Shown in pieces: positions 60,831-64,000 of a stretch of DNA of 64,000 bases. The notes beneath the pieces were generated by a model. The model did not search any database, was not told the origin of the DNA, and worked only from the letters and a program-made list of their open reading frames with translations. The stretch is from Tubiluchus corallicola (taxonomy: Eukaryota > Animalia > Priapulida), in the NCBI GenBank assembly GCA_030141605.1, contig JAQGDQ010000428.1, positions 124,001 to 188,000 of the forward strand, read 5' to 3'. A program made the position numbers and the translations under genes. The stretch's first letter is position 1. Each line of letters begins with the position of its first letter.

Positions 60831-63569
60831 GGAGTGTTAGTGTGTTTAGACCTACTTATAAGTTTTGTAAATACAGGTTGCAATATAAAACATAGTTTTA
60901 AACGTTGGTATCTGTTCGTAATTTCGTATGCCTGATGTTGACAAGAGTCTGGTGTTAGGTGGTGTAAGTACATACCTATTCTCGTCTACGCTTAATATCT
61001 GTACGTAATCTGATGCCCTCACCTCTGTACTTTCGAGGTTACTTTTTACGCCAGAGATGCATAAACGCCTTAAATTGAATGTACTTTTATAATTACACTG
61101 AACAACATTTATTTTGTACTATAGGTAAAGGGTTACAGTACCTCTTCTGTCATACACATTCCATAGTTCCCCTGCCAATTAGGGAGGCAGTCACGTGTCA
61201 TGGACCACACGTTACCAACCCACGTGTTGATATCTTCGCCCTTCAATAACATAACAAAATCGGTGAAATAAATAATAATACGCCAAATAAATGCCAAGCT
61301 GATACTAAATCAGTTAATGCATGTTCTACTGATACGTGTATGCTAAATTAATCAATCTAAAAGCAGAAAAGATCAGTGCAATGCTAGCCAGTTAAGTATC
61401 GAGTCTGTGGGTACGAAAATGCAGCAGATTATCGTAACAAAATAATGAAAATTTTCACGCCAGTGTTCTGTTTTTCTACAAGCCACTGCTCATAAAGTAT
61501 AATCCAACTATTCAACTAATTAATTGCTCGAATTACAATTAATTATTTTAATAATTATGTAATGCATGTTTTAATGGTTAATGAATCGATTGTATTTAAC
61601 CACTTAAAGGGTTGTTTAATTTTTAATGTAGGTAGAGAATGCAGTTAAAGAATATTCAATTTATTACTTGGAGTATTGCTTTAAGTGATATTGTATATGG
61701 AGAGGGACATTTTTCATCAGCTAAAACCAATTACAATAATTTCAACAGAAGTAGTAATGCAACTGCTAACTTCTATTCATTATGGCAAGCGTGCAGTGCG
61801 TGAAATTAATTATGTATAAAAATGTCAAACATAATGAAAATGCACGAAACATTATATGCATGGTCTATTCAATCTATTCAAAGCTTCACAACATTGGTAA
61901 ATTATACACGAAAAACGTGATTCAGTAACGATTTATGCGCTAGTAAACATTCAAAGCCCATCTTGCCTTTATGCTATTACACCTTTGGGAGACTCAGAAA
62001 GCTTTCCTATCAATTAGCCCAAACAAAATTTATGGAGATTTTCAAAATGACATAATAGTGATGTATGGCCTGAGGCACATGTATTAAGTAGAGTAGAGTA
62101 AAGCACAACAATACAGCGTTACAATGTCTGAGATTGCATCTAAAGACTTTGTGAGCGCACCCCTGTAGTATCTAATTAAGTGTAAGAAAAAAGCCATACA
62201 CAGATGTTGTGAAAATTGGCAAGTTTTCAACACAGAATACACAAAGGCTTTGGGAATATCAGCAAGGTATAGCGTCACAAATCCACTCAACCCTAATTTT
62301 GTTAAAAAAATCAAACGATCAACATCTTACGTACTCAGTTTAATGTGTTAAGCCCGTAAACGTTAATACTAAAACATAAAAGTTAATACTACAACTTCCA
62401 TACGTTCATTAATAAATCTTCTAGATGGCGACACTAAAAATGAAAATGTTTTTACGAGCGACGATATTCTGCTGAGAAGAAAGCAAAAGCATTGCAAAGT
62501 AAACGTGTAATTGTTCCATAAAAATTATGTCATTTTAGACGCGTTCATATTCCCTAAACTTGGTGTTTTTTTAGCTTAGCGGCGAAGAATACAGCATATA
62601 GTATGCCTGTACCTGTACATTAAATTCTAAATCCGAAATAACTTTTTAATAAAGCAATTTGCATTTAAGATATTGTAAGTAAACATCTCAAAACTCTGCT
62701 AGGTTATGTTATGGTCAGTGTTATGTTATGCTACATTTATATATATATATATATATATATAAAACAAAGAAATTAAGTCAGCAATACAAATTATTGAATT
62801 TCATTTTGTTTCCTCAGTAATGACTTGCCTTACTTTTCTCATTAGGATGTTCCTTCCAAGTGACCCAAATTCCTAACTCGAGACTGAAGAACTATTAAAC
62901 TTGTAGGACAAACATATAATCAAAAGCAAAGTACCTCTAATCGAGAATATTTCGTTTGTTTTGTTTGGGGCAAATCAAGTACAAAAAGAAGATGGCCTAT
63001 GAATTTAACAAGTTGCTTTAAGTAATTATGAATATTGCATGAGGTACTGTGAACTGCTTTAAATCTACAGATCATGTAAAAATTAAAAAAAAAACAATTA
63101 ATTTTTAATTATTTGTCATTTTTACAGCGCGCGCGCTTGTCCATGTTGCTTTACGCCAATGTGGACTGGCGCAAACTCTGTACATTATTTAACCTAGATT
63201 TTTTTTACATTTTTTCTGTCTAGACTTGGATGAATTAATTAGTCTTTGTATCTGACACATATTGCTCAGAATTTTGCAGGCCGAGAGACACTTCAGTGAC
63301 AAATATTCTCAATTTGACTTAATACAACTTGCGCTTGAACGGTCATTTAAATTGCATTACGCGAAATCTGGTAGTGAGCATGTAAGAATTCGGATGACTG
63401 ATATGTTTCCAAACTGTGCAATCGGTCGACCGTGAGAAATCCGAAATGAAAAATGTTGCAGTAAATTAGGAGTAAAAACTAAAAGCAATCCACCTGACAA
63501 AAGTAAAATAAGAATCTACTGCGTCGCGGCGAAGCTTTGGCGGTCGTTCATAAAGCATAATGTTGTTAT

Positions 63570-63582
63570 GGAGAGAAAGAGC

Positions 63583-63640
<58 letters not shown>

Positions 63641-63716
63641 GAGAGAGAGAAAGAGAAAAAGGACAGAAGAGAAAAAAGAGAGAGAAGGAAAGAGAAAGAA
63701 GGGAAGGAGGAGGAAG
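63570..63716. repeat. (GA)n purine-rich microsatellite
   Basis: Direct reading. Confidence 0.95.
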
Positions 63717-63724
63717 ACTATGGT

Positions 63725-64000
<276 letters not shown>

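Overview
AT-rich, intron-rich animal (probably invertebrate) genomic DNA; the organism is not identifiable from the sequence. I reconstructed four spliced genes by hand from GT-AG junctions and reading-frame continuity. (1) STIM, the ER Ca2+ sensor (minus, 16 coding exons, 20844->777, ~666 aa), which carries TWO complete tandem luminal EF-hand/SAM modules, each a frame-symmetric 4-exon cassette, plus a shortened CC1. (2) LAMTOR1/p18 (plus, 6 coding exons, 22770-28888, 167 aa), head-to-head with STIM. (3) A CLC-6/7-branch CLC anion transporter with atypical selectivity-filter motifs (minus, 16 coding exons, 43377->32558, ~853 aa), tail-to-tail with LAMTOR1. (4) The 3' five exons of a MEAK7/TLDC1 TLDc-domain gene (minus, 55307->50924). 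Introns and intergenic DNA hold several MITEs (Tc1/pogo-, hAT- and TTAA/Kolobok-like), a decayed Ty3/Gypsy relic with apparent integrase-before-RT order, and many simple repeats. The standout is the double-sensor STIM.
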